A stretch of DNA of 57,340 nt, taken from positions 1-57,340 of the forward strand of contig JBBQRQ010000022.1 of NCBI GenBank assembly GCA_038214755.1, written 5' to 3'. The position numbers and the translations under genes were made by a program. The stretch is from Verrucomicrobiota bacterium (GTDB lineage Bacteria; Verrucomicrobiota; Verrucomicrobiia; Limisphaerales; CANJXF01). Shown here in pieces: positions 18,560 through 28,310 of this stretch (the stretch's first letter is position 1; each line of letters begins with the position of its first letter). Under the pieces are notes generated by a model that saw only the letters and a list, made by a program, of their open reading frames with translations, made no database searches and was not told where the DNA came from.

Positions 18560-19743
18560 TTATTTTGCAGCCAGTGATTGTTGCCCCAGCGTTTGTAATA
18601 TCTAAAAGCCCGCTCCCCCAGTGCGTCCTTAATCGTATGTTCCAGTTCCTCCTGATACCCTCGCAACGCCGTTTCTTTTTGATCGGAACTCAGCGAGGCG
18701 TCGGATTGAACTTGCTCTGACCTCTCACGCAGCAGTTTATTTTTTTCAAAAATCTTCGTCGCCGATTCTTCGGGCAAATCATATTGCCGGGTCAGACGAA
18801 ATAAATTCTGGAACTCATCGCTCATCGAGCGGTCGTATTCGCCATAACGCTGCTCGCCTAGAATATTTTTTAACTGCTCGTTGATTTGGTTCAACTCCCC
18901 GCGCTTTTGCTGGTGCGCGGCGGCATCAGACGGATCCATGAAGGCAAATTTATCGTCGTGCTCCTTTAGCAGTCCAAAAATCTCGCGAAATTCCTCCGCG
19001 CCCGGATGAAACCCAACGAGGCTGCGCCGGAGATTTTCGGCCGTCTCATTGTTTCGCAATTGATATTCCTGCAACTCGGCGGAGGAGAGCAGGCGCGCCA
19101 ATTCCGCTTCCCGCTCGTCGCGCAACTGCTTTAATTTTTTCCAATCGGGTGGCGCGGAGGGATCCTCCGTTTCGTTGAAAAGGGCATCATGCTCCCGGTG
19201 ATATTTTTCCAAAAGCGATTTAACCTTTTCCCGTTTTCCCGGCGGGAGAAAACTCAGACGCTCGGAACTTTCATTTTCTGCCAGCGCATATTTTTGGAGT
19301 TCCTGATCGATATCAATGCCGAGCAATTGAACAATTAAATCGCGTTTTTCACTGTCCAGCTCTTTGAGCTGGCGTTCTCTTTCAACCTGCGCCCGCGTTG
19401 TCAGCGGTTCACTCGTCTGCCACCAAAATTTGGAACGTCCGCCGCCGATCAGTTCGCTGCGCCGCGCGCCATACAATTTATTGACGTCGGCAATGATGAT
19501 GTCGCGAATGGTTTCTTCCGGGCAACCAACCGAGCGCAAGTTGGCGATGTAGGTCCGGTAATCTTCAGACTCAACTTGTCGCCAATGAAAATTATTCGAG
19601 GACGATTTTTCAACCGATCCAATTTTCTTTTCGATGGTTGGGGAAGCATTCTTTGCCGTCGAGATTGCCGGACGCGTTTTCAGAAGATAAATCACGAACG
19701 CGAGCAAAACCAAATTGAGCACAAATGGTGCGGCTTGTTTCAT
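18556..19743 (-). CDS. membrane-anchored helical hypothetical protein
   Basis: N-terminal TM, then FHWRQVESEDYRTYIANLRSVGCPEETIRDII and repeated helical units. Confidence 0.8.
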   Translation of the reverse strand: MKQAAPFVLNLVLLAFVIYLLKTRPAISTAKNASPTIEKKIGSVEKSSSNNFHWRQVESEDYRTYIANLRSVGCPEETIRDIIIADVNKLYGARRSELIGGGRSKFWWQTSEPLTTRAQVERERQLKELDSEKRDLIVQLLGIDIDQELQKYALAENESSERLSFLPPGKREKVKSLLEKYHREHDALFNETEDPSAPPDWKKLKQLRDEREAELARLLSSAELQEYQLRNNETAENLRRSLVGFHPGAEEFREIFGLLKEHDDKFAFMDPSDAAAHQQKRGELNQINEQLKNILGEQRYGEYDRSMSDEFQNLFRLTRQYDLPEESATKIFEKNKLLRERSEQVQSDASLSSDQKETALRGYQEELEHTIKDALGERAFRYYKRWGNNHWLQNN

Positions 19744-19745
19744 AA

Positions 19746-21008
19746 TCACTGCTCGACGAGGTGGAACTCGACGCGAAAAAATTCATCCCTCTCGCGCGCG
19801 ACGATGCGGAGTGAATCCGAGCCTTCAAAAACTAATTTGCTGCCGCGCACAAAAGTCTCGAACTCTTTGCTTTCGATTTCATCCACCACGATGAAAACTT
19901 TTCCGCCGCGTTTGGCCGCGAACGCCAGCCGGCCTCCCTCAGGACTAAAAGCCAAAGTGCCTTCCAGAATTTCATCGTATTGTTTTCCTTCCAGACTATT
20001 CGCCATGATCAATTGTTTGCCAGCGCGCGTGGCAGGGAAGGCGAGTTGTTTGCTGTCAGGACTGAAAAGAAAATTCTTATTTGAAATGGCGTCGAATTCT
20101 TTGCTTTCAATTCCATCGAGCACCGGCAGACGGTTCGTTCCGCGCGCCACGACGCAAGCGAAACGTTTGCTGTCCGGACTAAAAATCATCTGCCCAATTC
20201 CTCCGTAATTTTTTTGCTCAATTCCGTCGAGCACGACAAATTTACGCGCGCCTCTTACGGCGGAAAATGCGAGACGCTTGCTGTCCGGACTAAAAACAAA
20301 TGCGCCAAACCCGTTGTATTCGGCCCCTGGCACGCCATCGAAAACAATTCGCTGCTTCGCCTCTTTGCCTACAGTAAAAACAAGATGCTCGCCGTCGGGG
20401 CTGAAATGAAGCGAGCCGATTTCCTCGTAGCTGTCGCCATCCTTTCCGTCCACGACCACGAATTGTCCGCTGGCTTTGGCGGCGGCGTAAGCGAGGTGAT
20501 TTCCGGTAGGGCTAAAAGTGAGCGTGTCGCCGACGATGCCATCGTAGGCGCGCTGTTCCGTGGTGTTGACGACGATAAATTGTTTTCCATCGAGCGCCGC
20601 GCCGTAAGCAACTTTTTTGTTGTCGTCGCTGAAAATGAGCGAGCGCGCCCCGATCAAGTCATATTCCTTTCCGGCCACGCCATCGAGCACGACAAACTGT
20701 TTTCGGCCGCGACGCGCGCTGTAAGCCAGACGGTTTCCATCGGGACTGAAACGAATATTGCCGGGGTTGATGCCGTCGAAAATCGCCCCTTCTTTTCCGT
20801 CGAGCACAACAAATTGTTTTCCATCGCGTGCCGCGCCGTAGGCGATGTGACGGTTGTCCGAACTGACGATGAGGGTTTCTTCAGAAATTCCAGAAATTTT
20901 TTCCCCTAGAGAAAATTGTTTCGCTTCGATTTTGAAATTTGTTTCCGCAGCGAAAGCTGAAAATAAATTCGACCCAAGAAATAAAATGGAAAGTGCAGTG
21001 GCATTCAT
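19746..21008 (-). CDS. secreted beta-propeller (TolB/PD40-like repeat) protein
   Basis: About 8 repeats of FSPDxxxLAYxAxxxxKQFVVxDG and a signal-peptide-like N-terminus. Confidence 0.85.
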   Translation of the reverse strand: MNATALSILFLGSNLFSAFAAETNFKIEAKQFSLGEKISGISEETLIVSSDNRHIAYGAARDGKQFVVLDGKEGAIFDGINPGNIRFSPDGNRLAYSARRGRKQFVVLDGVAGKEYDLIGARSLIFSDDNKKVAYGAALDGKQFIVVNTTEQRAYDGIVGDTLTFSPTGNHLAYAAAKASGQFVVVDGKDGDSYEEIGSLHFSPDGEHLVFTVGKEAKQRIVFDGVPGAEYNGFGAFVFSPDSKRLAFSAVRGARKFVVLDGIEQKNYGGIGQMIFSPDSKRFACVVARGTNRLPVLDGIESKEFDAISNKNFLFSPDSKQLAFPATRAGKQLIMANSLEGKQYDEILEGTLAFSPEGGRLAFAAKRGGKVFIVVDEIESKEFETFVRGSKLVFEGSDSLRIVARERDEFFRVEFHLVEQ

Positions 21009-21071
21009 GCTCAATAAAAAAGCGGTCTCAACCTTCGGCTCAGTCAAGACCGCTCTAACTCTGTGAAAAAC

Positions 21072-22004
21072 TTACGGTAAAGTCTGCAGGTTGTAAGTGC
21101 TTTCGAAGTGGATCAAATCGGTGTCCGAAACGAGCATTCCATTAAAACCCCAGCCGTAGCTGACGAAGCCGGAGAAGGCGCAATTATGCGCAGCCGTGCT
21201 GCGCGCGCGAAGTGCGTTGTCCCACCCGGCATAAGAAGCTCCAGAGCGTCCCCACCCCGTATCGGTGACGGTGTGGGCAAAATCTTCGCCCAGATAAATT
21301 TTCGCCGTCGAAACGCCGCGATCCACGTAACTGTTTTTCGCATTTTGATATTGGGTCTGGCACCAACTGATCGAGTTGCCCTGCGCGTTGATTTCCTGAC
21401 CGCTCAAATAAACTTCCACCACGATGTAGGCGTAACTGGACACGCGCTGCCAATCGGCGTCGTTCGAGATGGTGTTTGGAAAGGGCGAAAAGAGCATCAC
21501 CTCGTGGCCGTAAGTATTTTTCAGTCGCGCGCAGAGGTCGCCCACCCAGGTGCGGTAGGTTTGGTTGTTCGGCCAGATGCCAAAAGAAATTTCATTCATC
21601 AAGATCCAAGTCGGTTTCACTCCGGTGACGGTAAAGAGCGGGATGATGTAATTGTTCTCGATGTCGTCGGCTTTCGCTGAGCCGCTCATGGTGGTCCAAC
21701 CCGTGTTCAGATCGTTGTAATAAGCGCCCATGAAATTTCCATTGCTATTGATTTCGGCGCGATGCGTGTCGCTGCCCATGAGAAGCATGTGGCCGTTCTT
21801 GGAGTTGGAATTGGTCCTCCAATTCAACGTGTCAAATTGAGCCTGGCAAAAATGCTGGCCCGGAGTGCAGGGGCAACAAAAGGTGGCGACGTCGAAGCGT
21901 TTGTTAAAAACAGCGTGGGCGGTGCCGTGGGTGCAAGCGAACAATCCAGCCAGACAGGCGACGCGCACAATTCCATTGAGGAGATGAGGCACGGGATTTT
22001 TCAT
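21072..22004 (-). CDS. secreted hypothetical protein, paralog of adjacent gene
   Basis: Signal peptide ending AHA, then RFDVATFCCPC...HFCQAQFD, WILMNEIS, WGRSG. Confidence 0.8.
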   Translation of the reverse strand: MKNPVPHLLNGIVRVACLAGLFACTHGTAHAVFNKRFDVATFCCPCTPGQHFCQAQFDTLNWRTNSNSKNGHMLLMGSDTHRAEINSNGNFMGAYYNDLNTGWTTMSGSAKADDIENNYIIPLFTVTGVKPTWILMNEISFGIWPNNQTYRTWVGDLCARLKNTYGHEVMLFSPFPNTISNDADWQRVSSYAYIVVEVYLSGQEINAQGNSISWCQTQYQNAKNSYVDRGVSTAKIYLGEDFAHTVTDTGWGRSGASYAGWDNALRARSTAAHNCAFSGFVSYGWGFNGMLVSDTDLIHFESTYNLQTLP

Positions 22005-22026
22005 ATTTTTAATTTTTGATTTTGAA

Positions 22027-22950
22027 TCAAGGCAACGTTTTCGCCGTGTAAGTATTTTCAAAATGGATCAGGTCCGTGTCGGAAACGAGCATGGCGTTTT
22101 TGGCCCAGGCGTAACTGCAAAATCCGGCGAAGCCGACATTGTGCGCGGCGGTGCTGCGAGCGTTGATGGCGTTGTCCCAGCCGACGTAAGAGCAGCCGGA
22201 ACGCCCCCAGCCGGTGTCAGTCACGGTTTGTCCGAAATGTTCCACTAAATAAAGTTTCGTCGTCGAGACGCCGCGCGCCACATAACTGTCTTTGGAACTT
22301 TGATATAAGTTTTGGCACCAAGTGATGGAGTTGCCGTTGGCGTTGATTTCCTGGCCGCTCAAATATCTTTCGATGGCGATGTAGGCGTAACTCGAGACGC
22401 GTTGCCAATCCGCGTTATTCGCTCCCGGATTCGGAAAAGGTGAAGCGACAATCACGGTGTGAGAATAAGTATTTTTCAGCGACGAACATAAATCGCCGAC
22501 CCACGTTCGGTAACTTTGGTTGCCTGGCCAGGTGCCGGCGGAAATTTCATTGAGAAAAATCCAGGTCGGTTTGACGCCGGTCGTGGTGAACAACGGAATG
22601 ACGTAATTGTTTTCGATGTCCGCCGCTTTTTGCGCGCCGGTCATGGTCGTCCAATTGTCATTCATGGTGTTGTAATAAACGCAAAGAAAGTTGCCGTTGT
22701 TGTTCACCTCCACTCGATGCGTGTCAGACCCCATCGCCAGAAAATGTCCGTTCGGCCGGGTCGCATTGGTTTTCCAATTCAGCGCGTCAAATTGAGCCTG
22801 GCAAAAATGATCGTCTGGAAAACACGGACAACAAAAGGTCGTCACATCGAAGCGACGATCGGCGATAGCGTGGGCCTTGTGAGAGGCGGCCACAGATAAA
22901 AGAATCAGGCAGCCAATGCGAACGGACGCGGACAGTATTTTGGAGCGCAT
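22027..22950 (-). CDS. secreted hypothetical protein, paralog of adjacent gene
   Basis: Signal peptide ending AHA, then RFDVTTFCCPC...HFCQAQFD, WIFLNEIS, WGRSG. Confidence 0.8.
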   Translation of the reverse strand: MRSKILSASVRIGCLILLSVAASHKAHAIADRRFDVTTFCCPCFPDDHFCQAQFDALNWKTNATRPNGHFLAMGSDTHRVEVNNNGNFLCVYYNTMNDNWTTMTGAQKAADIENNYVIPLFTTTGVKPTWIFLNEISAGTWPGNQSYRTWVGDLCSSLKNTYSHTVIVASPFPNPGANNADWQRVSSYAYIAIERYLSGQEINANGNSITWCQNLYQSSKDSYVARGVSTTKLYLVEHFGQTVTDTGWGRSGCSYVGWDNAINARSTAAHNVGFAGFCSYAWAKNAMLVSDTDLIHFENTYTAKTLP

Positions 22951-23188
22951 AAGTTTGAAGGTTTGATTTCTCCCAATGTGAAGCACCGGATCAAAACAAG
23001 ATTGACCAATGGGCGATGCCAGAGGAATTGGGAACGCAAAGAGACTAGCCAATTTGATGAGTGAGGGACAGAAAAATAAACTCGTTGGGAATGAAATGAT
23101 TTGAAGGCGGTTTTGGCAAATGGCTTGAGTCGTAGCACGGCTGACATTTTTATTTCCTTTGGAAAATCAAATTTATAACGTCTCCGCC

Positions 23189-24013
23189 ATGACAAAAATT
23201 CCTCTGGAAGATAATTTCGCCGATGTCATCGGCAAGGCGCAGCGCGGTTTGAAAATCAGCGATGACGATTTGAGCAGGCGCGCCGGAATTTCTGTCCCGG
23301 ATTTGAATCGATTGGCAGCCGGCGAATTTGATGAAGCAGTGGCGCGAAAAGTTGCGCCGATCCTCAGCCTCTCCGCTGATGCGCTGGTGGAACTAGGAAA
23401 AAAATCGTGGTATCCCCCGCAGCACGAGGTCAACGGACTCGCTGCGTTCAACACGAGATTCGGCGACGATATGACGGTCAATTACTATTTGATTTTCGAT
23501 CCCCAAACCAAAGAGGCGGCGGCGTTCGACACGGGAACCGACACCGCTCCGATATTGGAATTCGCGAAAAACAATTCGCTCCAGATCAAAATGATTTTGC
23601 TCACCCACATTCATCCCGATCACATTGCGAAATTGGAACAGTTGAAAAAAGAGACTGGCGCAACGGCGCATGTTTGCCAATTGGAGACGACGCCCGGCGC
23701 GGAAGTTTTCCAACCCGGAAAAGTTTTTTCGCTTGGCAATTTGAAAATTGAATCGCGCCAGACCAGCGGACATGCGCGCGGCGGCGTCACGTTTTATGTG
23801 ACTGGATTAGAGAAGCCAATCGCGGTGGTGGGCGACGCAATCTTCTGCTGCTCGATGGGCGGCGGCGCGGTTTCCTACGAAGAAGCGTTGCGGACGAATC
23901 GCCAGAATATTTTCAGTTTACCGGATGAAACAATTCTTTGTCCGGGGCACGGTCCGCTCACCACTGTCGGCGAACAAAAACGGCACAATCCATTTTATCC
24001 GGAGTTCGCGTAA
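23189..24013 (+). CDS. MBL-fold metallo-hydrolase with N-terminal HTH-like region
   Basis: THIHPDH, GH, GD and PGHG motifs. N-terminal AQRGLKISDDDLSRRAGIS resembles an XRE HTH. Confidence 0.88.
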   Translation: MTKIPLEDNFADVIGKAQRGLKISDDDLSRRAGISVPDLNRLAAGEFDEAVARKVAPILSLSADALVELGKKSWYPPQHEVNGLAAFNTRFGDDMTVNYYLIFDPQTKEAAAFDTGTDTAPILEFAKNNSLQIKMILLTHIHPDHIAKLEQLKKETGATAHVCQLETTPGAEVFQPGKVFSLGNLKIESRQTSGHARGGVTFYVTGLEKPIAVVGDAIFCCSMGGGAVSYEEALRTNRQNIFSLPDETILCPGHGPLTTVGEQKRHNPFYPEFA

Positions 24014-24117
24014 CGCAGTTTTGCAAGCTGCTGTATCGCCGGTTTGCAACCGGCAGACGTCGCGACATTCAGCGGGTTGCAACCCCGCGATGCGGCAGGT
24101 TAAAAACCCGCGCTACG
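24009..24117. repeat. GTAG-type REPIN-like element (second copy 34184-34293)
   Basis: Near-identical ~109-bp copies CGTA(A/G)CGCAG...TTGCAACCGGCAG...GCGCTACG with internal hairpins. Confidence 0.85.
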
Positions 24118-24207
24118 GCTCGAAGGCAAAATCCCGACTAAATTTTTCATTGACCCGCACCGCGCATTTTTTAAGCTCGTGCCCCGTTCAACTCTAAATA
24201 AAAAAAT

Positions 24208-24651
24208 ATGAATACAACTGTTCCTCTTATTAGTTCCGGCACAGCCGGTCCGCTCGGCGTTCTCCATTTGCCCCGACTTTGGCTCAAAGTTTCGCTCGAA
24301 TCGCGCGGTAAACTGGCGGCGGGTTATCCTGGCGCGGGCAAGGGCTACGATCAAATGGTCATCGACGGTCTCGGCTTGAATCGCGACGCGGTCATCAATT
24401 ACATCAAAACTGAAAAACCGACTTACACCCAATTTGAAGCGTGGGTCAAAAAACAGCCCGGCGTGAAGTTGGACAAGGGCAGTATCGAAAAATTAAACTC
24501 CGCCATCAAGGGCTATCAACATGACGACGACACCCGGAAAGGAATTTTCGGAGCCTGCGGTTTTGGCGACAGCGATTGCTCGTTCCGCGACGCGGTGAAT
24601 TTGAACAACCTCGACGACTGGAATGAATTCCACGCTGCGAACTTGAAATAG
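24208..24651 (+). CDS. DUF5069-like protein
   Basis: GPLGVLHLPRLWLK...GYDQMVIDGLGL...LNNLDDW. The family assignment is from memory of the motif. Confidence 0.7.
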   Translation: MNTTVPLISSGTAGPLGVLHLPRLWLKVSLESRGKLAAGYPGAGKGYDQMVIDGLGLNRDAVINYIKTEKPTYTQFEAWVKKQPGVKLDKGSIEKLNSAIKGYQHDDDTRKGIFGACGFGDSDCSFRDAVNLNNLDDWNEFHAANLK

Positions 24652-24667
24652 AAATCGAAATGTCTCG

Positions 24668-24700
24668 AACCGGCGTTGAAATTCAGCGCCGGTTTTTTTT
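24668..24700 (+). terminator. intrinsic terminator
   Basis: Hairpin AACCGGCGTTGAA-A-TTCAGCGCCGGTT followed by a T-run. Confidence 0.75.
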
Positions 24701-24765
24701 CGCGCATCTTGGAAGTTCCGCCACAGATATAACGACGAGGAGTTCGGATCACGCGCGCCAGCGTC

Positions 24766-24840
24766 TTGGACTGCGGCAGCCCTCTGCCGCTTTAGGCGTG
24801 GGCCGAAGTTCCAAAGCGGCAGAGGGCTGCCGCAGTCCAA
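24766..24840. repeat. REP-like palindrome TTGGACTGCGGCAGCCCTCTGCCGCTTT (related copy 42913-42986)
   Basis: 28-bp inverted arms. Confidence 0.85.
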
Positions 24841-24901
24841 AACCTCGCGGATTTTCCGTCGAAACTTTTTCTGGAGATTCAGCGTGAACAAAATGTTTTG
24901 T

Positions 24902-25804
24902 TCAATTTTTCCAAAGTTTGCCCGCGTTCTTCCATTCCAACAACAACTCGCGGAACCGTTGCAGCGGCGGCGCGTCTTCATCTTCCTGCCAGACCAACAC
25001 CAGCGGGACGGTTTGCACGGGCTTTAATAAAATAAAACGCAACGCGACGCTCGGCGCGACGACCGATTCCGTCACAACACCGATGCCCGCGCCTGCCTCC
25101 ACATAACTCATCACCGTGCCGATGAGGCTCGGCGTATGCGCGAGTCGCGGCGTCACTCCCGCGCGCCGACATCCCGCGATGACCGCATCGTGCAAGCCCA
25201 TGCCTTCGCGGCGGGCGAGGACGATCAGAGGTTCGCGCGCGAGCGCAGTCCACGCAACGAACCGGCGTTTTGCCAATGGATGAATTGCGGGAACCACGAT
25301 TCCAAGTTTTTCCTCGCGCAGCACGAGCGTGCGCAAGCCGAGAGATTGATGAGTAAGAACGGGGCGGGTAATTGCGGCGGACAAGCGACCTTTGACGACC
25401 ATTTCCCAGACGCGTTCAGGCGTCCGTTCTTCGAGGTGAATGGAAACGAGTGGAGAACGTTTCCGATATTCGCCGAGCAACCGGCCCAGAAAAGGTTGTG
25501 TAGGCGGGCCGATGTAGCCAAGACGAAGTTCGCCTTCTTCTCCGGCAGCGGTGCGGCGAACGCGGCGCAGCGATTCTTCAAAATGCTGGAGCAACAAAGC
25601 CGTTTCGCCCAGCAGAACAACGCCAGCGGGAGTCAATCGGACATGATGGCGAGACCGTTCGAAAACCGCCGCGCCCAGGACGGCTTCCAATTGTTGGACG
25701 GCGCGGCTCAATGCAGGTTGCGCAATGTGCAACCGGCGCGCCGCGCGCGAGAAGCTCAAATCCTCGGCCACGGCCTGAAAATATTTAAGGTGCCGCAGTT
25801 CCAT
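24902..25804 (-). CDS. LysR-family transcriptional regulator
   Basis: MELRHLKYFQAVAEDLSFSRAARRLHIAQPALSRAVQQLE. Confidence 0.96.
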   Translation of the reverse strand: MELRHLKYFQAVAEDLSFSRAARRLHIAQPALSRAVQQLEAVLGAAVFERSRHHVRLTPAGVVLLGETALLLQHFEESLRRVRRTAAGEEGELRLGYIGPPTQPFLGRLLGEYRKRSPLVSIHLEERTPERVWEMVVKGRLSAAITRPVLTHQSLGLRTLVLREEKLGIVVPAIHPLAKRRFVAWTALAREPLIVLARREGMGLHDAVIAGCRRAGVTPRLAHTPSLIGTVMSYVEAGAGIGVVTESVVAPSVALRFILLKPVQTVPLVLVWQEDEDAPPLQRFRELLLEWKNAGKLWKN

Positions 25805-25816
25805 GCGAATCGATTC

Positions 25817-25837
25817 GTGATAACAACAAAGCATCAC
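25817..25837. promoter_or_regulatory. putative LysR binding box (T-N11-A)
   Basis: GTGAT-AACAACAAAGC-ATCAC dyad just upstream of the LysR start, in the divergent region. Confidence 0.6.
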
Positions 25838-25965
25838 GCTGATAGCGAGGCTTTATTTCCGTAACAACGATGGCCAAGGCTAGACTGGGGTATCAGCAGA
25901 TTCGAAATGAACCAAGATTGCATGGCGGAGACTAAAGGATTCGGGGTAGCACTGTGGCGACGGCA

Positions 25966-26103
25966 GGGTAGCATCTGCCTCCGGCGGGTGCGAGTTCCGA
26001 TTCGATGTTGAATGTTGAATGTTCGATGTTCGACGTTTGGAACCACTAACATTGACTACTAAACATAGGATCAATTCGCACCCGCCGGAGGCAGATGCTA
26101 CCC
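25966..26103. repeat. GGGTAGCATCTGCC palindrome enclosing GATGTT(C/G) heptamers
   Basis: Same arms as 8052-8222. Confidence 0.88.
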
Positions 26104-26166
26104 GTTGATAACGCGACGCAAATTATGACGCATTGTCGGACGCGCTCTGAGAAGAAAGAAAGAAAG

Positions 26167-27276
26167 ATGAAAACTACCAAATGGATTGTGACCCTACTCG
26201 TGGGCGGATTAGTCGCGACGAGTTGTAAAAAAAAGGACGAAGCTTCGACCGCCGAAACTACGAAAGTTCGTGTCGGTTACATTGGCCTTACCTGTGAAGC
26301 TCCTATCTTCACCGCCGTTGAGAAAGGTTTTTTCAAGGAGGAAGGACTCGATGTTTCACTCGTGAAATGCGAGTGGGCCAATTATAAGGACGTCCTTGCT
26401 CTGGGCGGATTCGACATCACGCATCATCTCATCATGTATTTCCTCAAACCCATTGAACAAGGATTGGACGTGAAGTTCACCGGCGGTATCCATCGAGGTT
26501 GTTTGCGCGTTCAAGCTGGAGCCAACGGAAATATCCGGACCGTCAAAGATTTGCGCGGCAAGCGAATTGGAATTCCGGGAATGGGAACGCCTCCATTCAT
26601 TTTCGCCACTCGCGTGCTGGGCGCTAACGGTATTAATCCCAAGACTGAGATCACGTGGCTGGTATTTCCAGCGGGCGAGTTGGGGTTGGCCTTGGATAAA
26701 GGAGAGGTGGATGCCGTCGCGGATTCGGAACCTATCGGTAGCATGTTGCTGGCGCAGGGAAAGGTCCGGAACATCGCGGACCAGGCTGAGGATATGCCTT
26801 ACAAAGACGAGTATTGTTGCGCGGTGATTGTGAATGGAAAATACCTTGCCAAAAATCCCAAGGCAAGCGCTGCTGCTACTCGTGCTTTATTGAAGGCAGC
26901 AAAATGGGTTGAAGCAAATCCTGTTGCTGCCGCCAAACTTTCTGTAGAAAAAAAATACCTCGCTTCCACGGTGGAACAGAATGCGGTATCGATTTCGAAG
27001 CTTCGCTATGTCCCGAGTGTTTCGGGCGCAGAAGACGCGGTGAAACAAGCCTCTGCGGAAATGAAGAAGGCCGGGATGCTGAGTCCGACAACCGATGTAG
27101 CTGATTTGGCCAGGCGCGCGTTCGTACATCTCGAAGGAGTCACCGATGAATGGCTCAACTCGCTCAAGGTCGATACAGTTGCTGACAGTCAAGTGCCGCG
27201 GAGTTGGGTTAATCGCGTCTATGCCATGAGTAATCCGCAGGACTTCTGTGGGCCGTGTGGACTATCGATTCAATGA
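26167..27276 (+). CDS. ABC transporter substrate-binding lipoprotein (NitT/TauT/SsuA-like)
   Basis: Lipobox-like VATSC, AVEKGFFKEEGLDV, DLRGKRIG. Confidence 0.9.
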   Translation: MKTTKWIVTLLVGGLVATSCKKKDEASTAETTKVRVGYIGLTCEAPIFTAVEKGFFKEEGLDVSLVKCEWANYKDVLALGGFDITHHLIMYFLKPIEQGLDVKFTGGIHRGCLRVQAGANGNIRTVKDLRGKRIGIPGMGTPPFIFATRVLGANGINPKTEITWLVFPAGELGLALDKGEVDAVADSEPIGSMLLAQGKVRNIADQAEDMPYKDEYCCAVIVNGKYLAKNPKASAAATRALLKAAKWVEANPVAAAKLSVEKKYLASTVEQNAVSISKLRYVPSVSGAEDAVKQASAEMKKAGMLSPTTDVADLARRAFVHLEGVTDEWLNSLKVDTVADSQVPRSWVNRVYAMSNPQDFCGPCGLSIQ

Positions 27277-28310
27277 ATCCCTCTACTCAGGAATTTAAAG
27301 AAATAGGTCGTATCCAGAACGCCGACGGAGAAATGTCTCGACCTTTGGATACGGTCACAACTCTTCGCATTCCACTACGAATCCTGTTAGCGGTTCCAAT
27401 AGTGACGGTAATCGGTTTTGCTGTTCACTTATGGGCTTCAAAAAATCAATCCGCCATCGAGACACGTTCGTATTCCATCTTTCTCGGAATAGTTTTTGGT
27501 TTAACCCTGGTTGCCACGTCGGTTCAGCCCTTTTGGTCCTACCTTCGGAAATGGATGCGACATACTTGTCCGCTTATTACCGCCGCGCTGTTATTCTTGT
27601 CCTTTTGGGAGATCATCACTTCTGGATTGCGATGGCTGCCTATGCCGTACTTTCCGGGTCCGCCGGGAGTTTTGCAAAGTCTTTTGACTGACCGCGCGCT
27701 TTTATTCGATAGCACTTGGAATTCTCTCATTCTTCTCCTCTCCGGGTATGCGCTGGGAGTTGCGATCGCGCTCATCACTGGCGTTTGTATAGGTTGGTTC
27801 GCGACCGCGCGCTACTGGGGAATGCCCTTGTTAAAAGTAATCGGACCCATCCCGGCTACAGCTTGGATACCACTGGCTATGGTCGTATCTCCCGACTCGA
27901 GGTATTCCGCTATCGGACTGATTGCACTGGCGGTTTGGTTCCCTGTGACCATGCTGACTGCATCGGGTATCTCCAATACTCGCGCCTCTTATCTTGACGT
28001 TGCTCGCACCCTCGGCGCCAGCCCATCCTATCTTATCTTCCGAGTGGCTATTCCGGCCGCCATGCCGAATATCTTCATCGGTTTGTTCATGGGACTGGGA
28101 GCGTCATTCCTTACCTTGGTGGTGGCAGAAACGGTGGGAGTGAAGTCAGGATTGGGATGGTATCTGAGTTGGGCACAAGGTTGGGCTGAATACGGAAAGG
28201 TCTATGCCGCATTAGTAATCATGGCGGCGTTCTTCTCCACGATCATGACCCTGCTGTTCAAAGTGCGCGACCGTATTCTGGTTTGGCAAAAGGGAGTGAT
28301 TAAATGGTAG
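27273..28310 (+). CDS. ABC transporter permease (NitT/TauT/SsuC-like)
   Basis: Multiple TM segments, DVARTLGAS, LVVAE..G..SGLGW. Confidence 0.92.
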   Translation: MNPSTQEFKEIGRIQNADGEMSRPLDTVTTLRIPLRILLAVPIVTVIGFAVHLWASKNQSAIETRSYSIFLGIVFGLTLVATSVQPFWSYLRKWMRHTCPLITAALLFLSFWEIITSGLRWLPMPYFPGPPGVLQSLLTDRALLFDSTWNSLILLLSGYALGVAIALITGVCIGWFATARYWGMPLLKVIGPIPATAWIPLAMVVSPDSRYSAIGLIALAVWFPVTMLTASGISNTRASYLDVARTLGASPSYLIFRVAIPAAMPNIFIGLFMGLGASFLTLVVAETVGVKSGLGWYLSWAQGWAEYGKVYAALVIMAAFFSTIMTLLFKVRDRILVWQKGVIKW

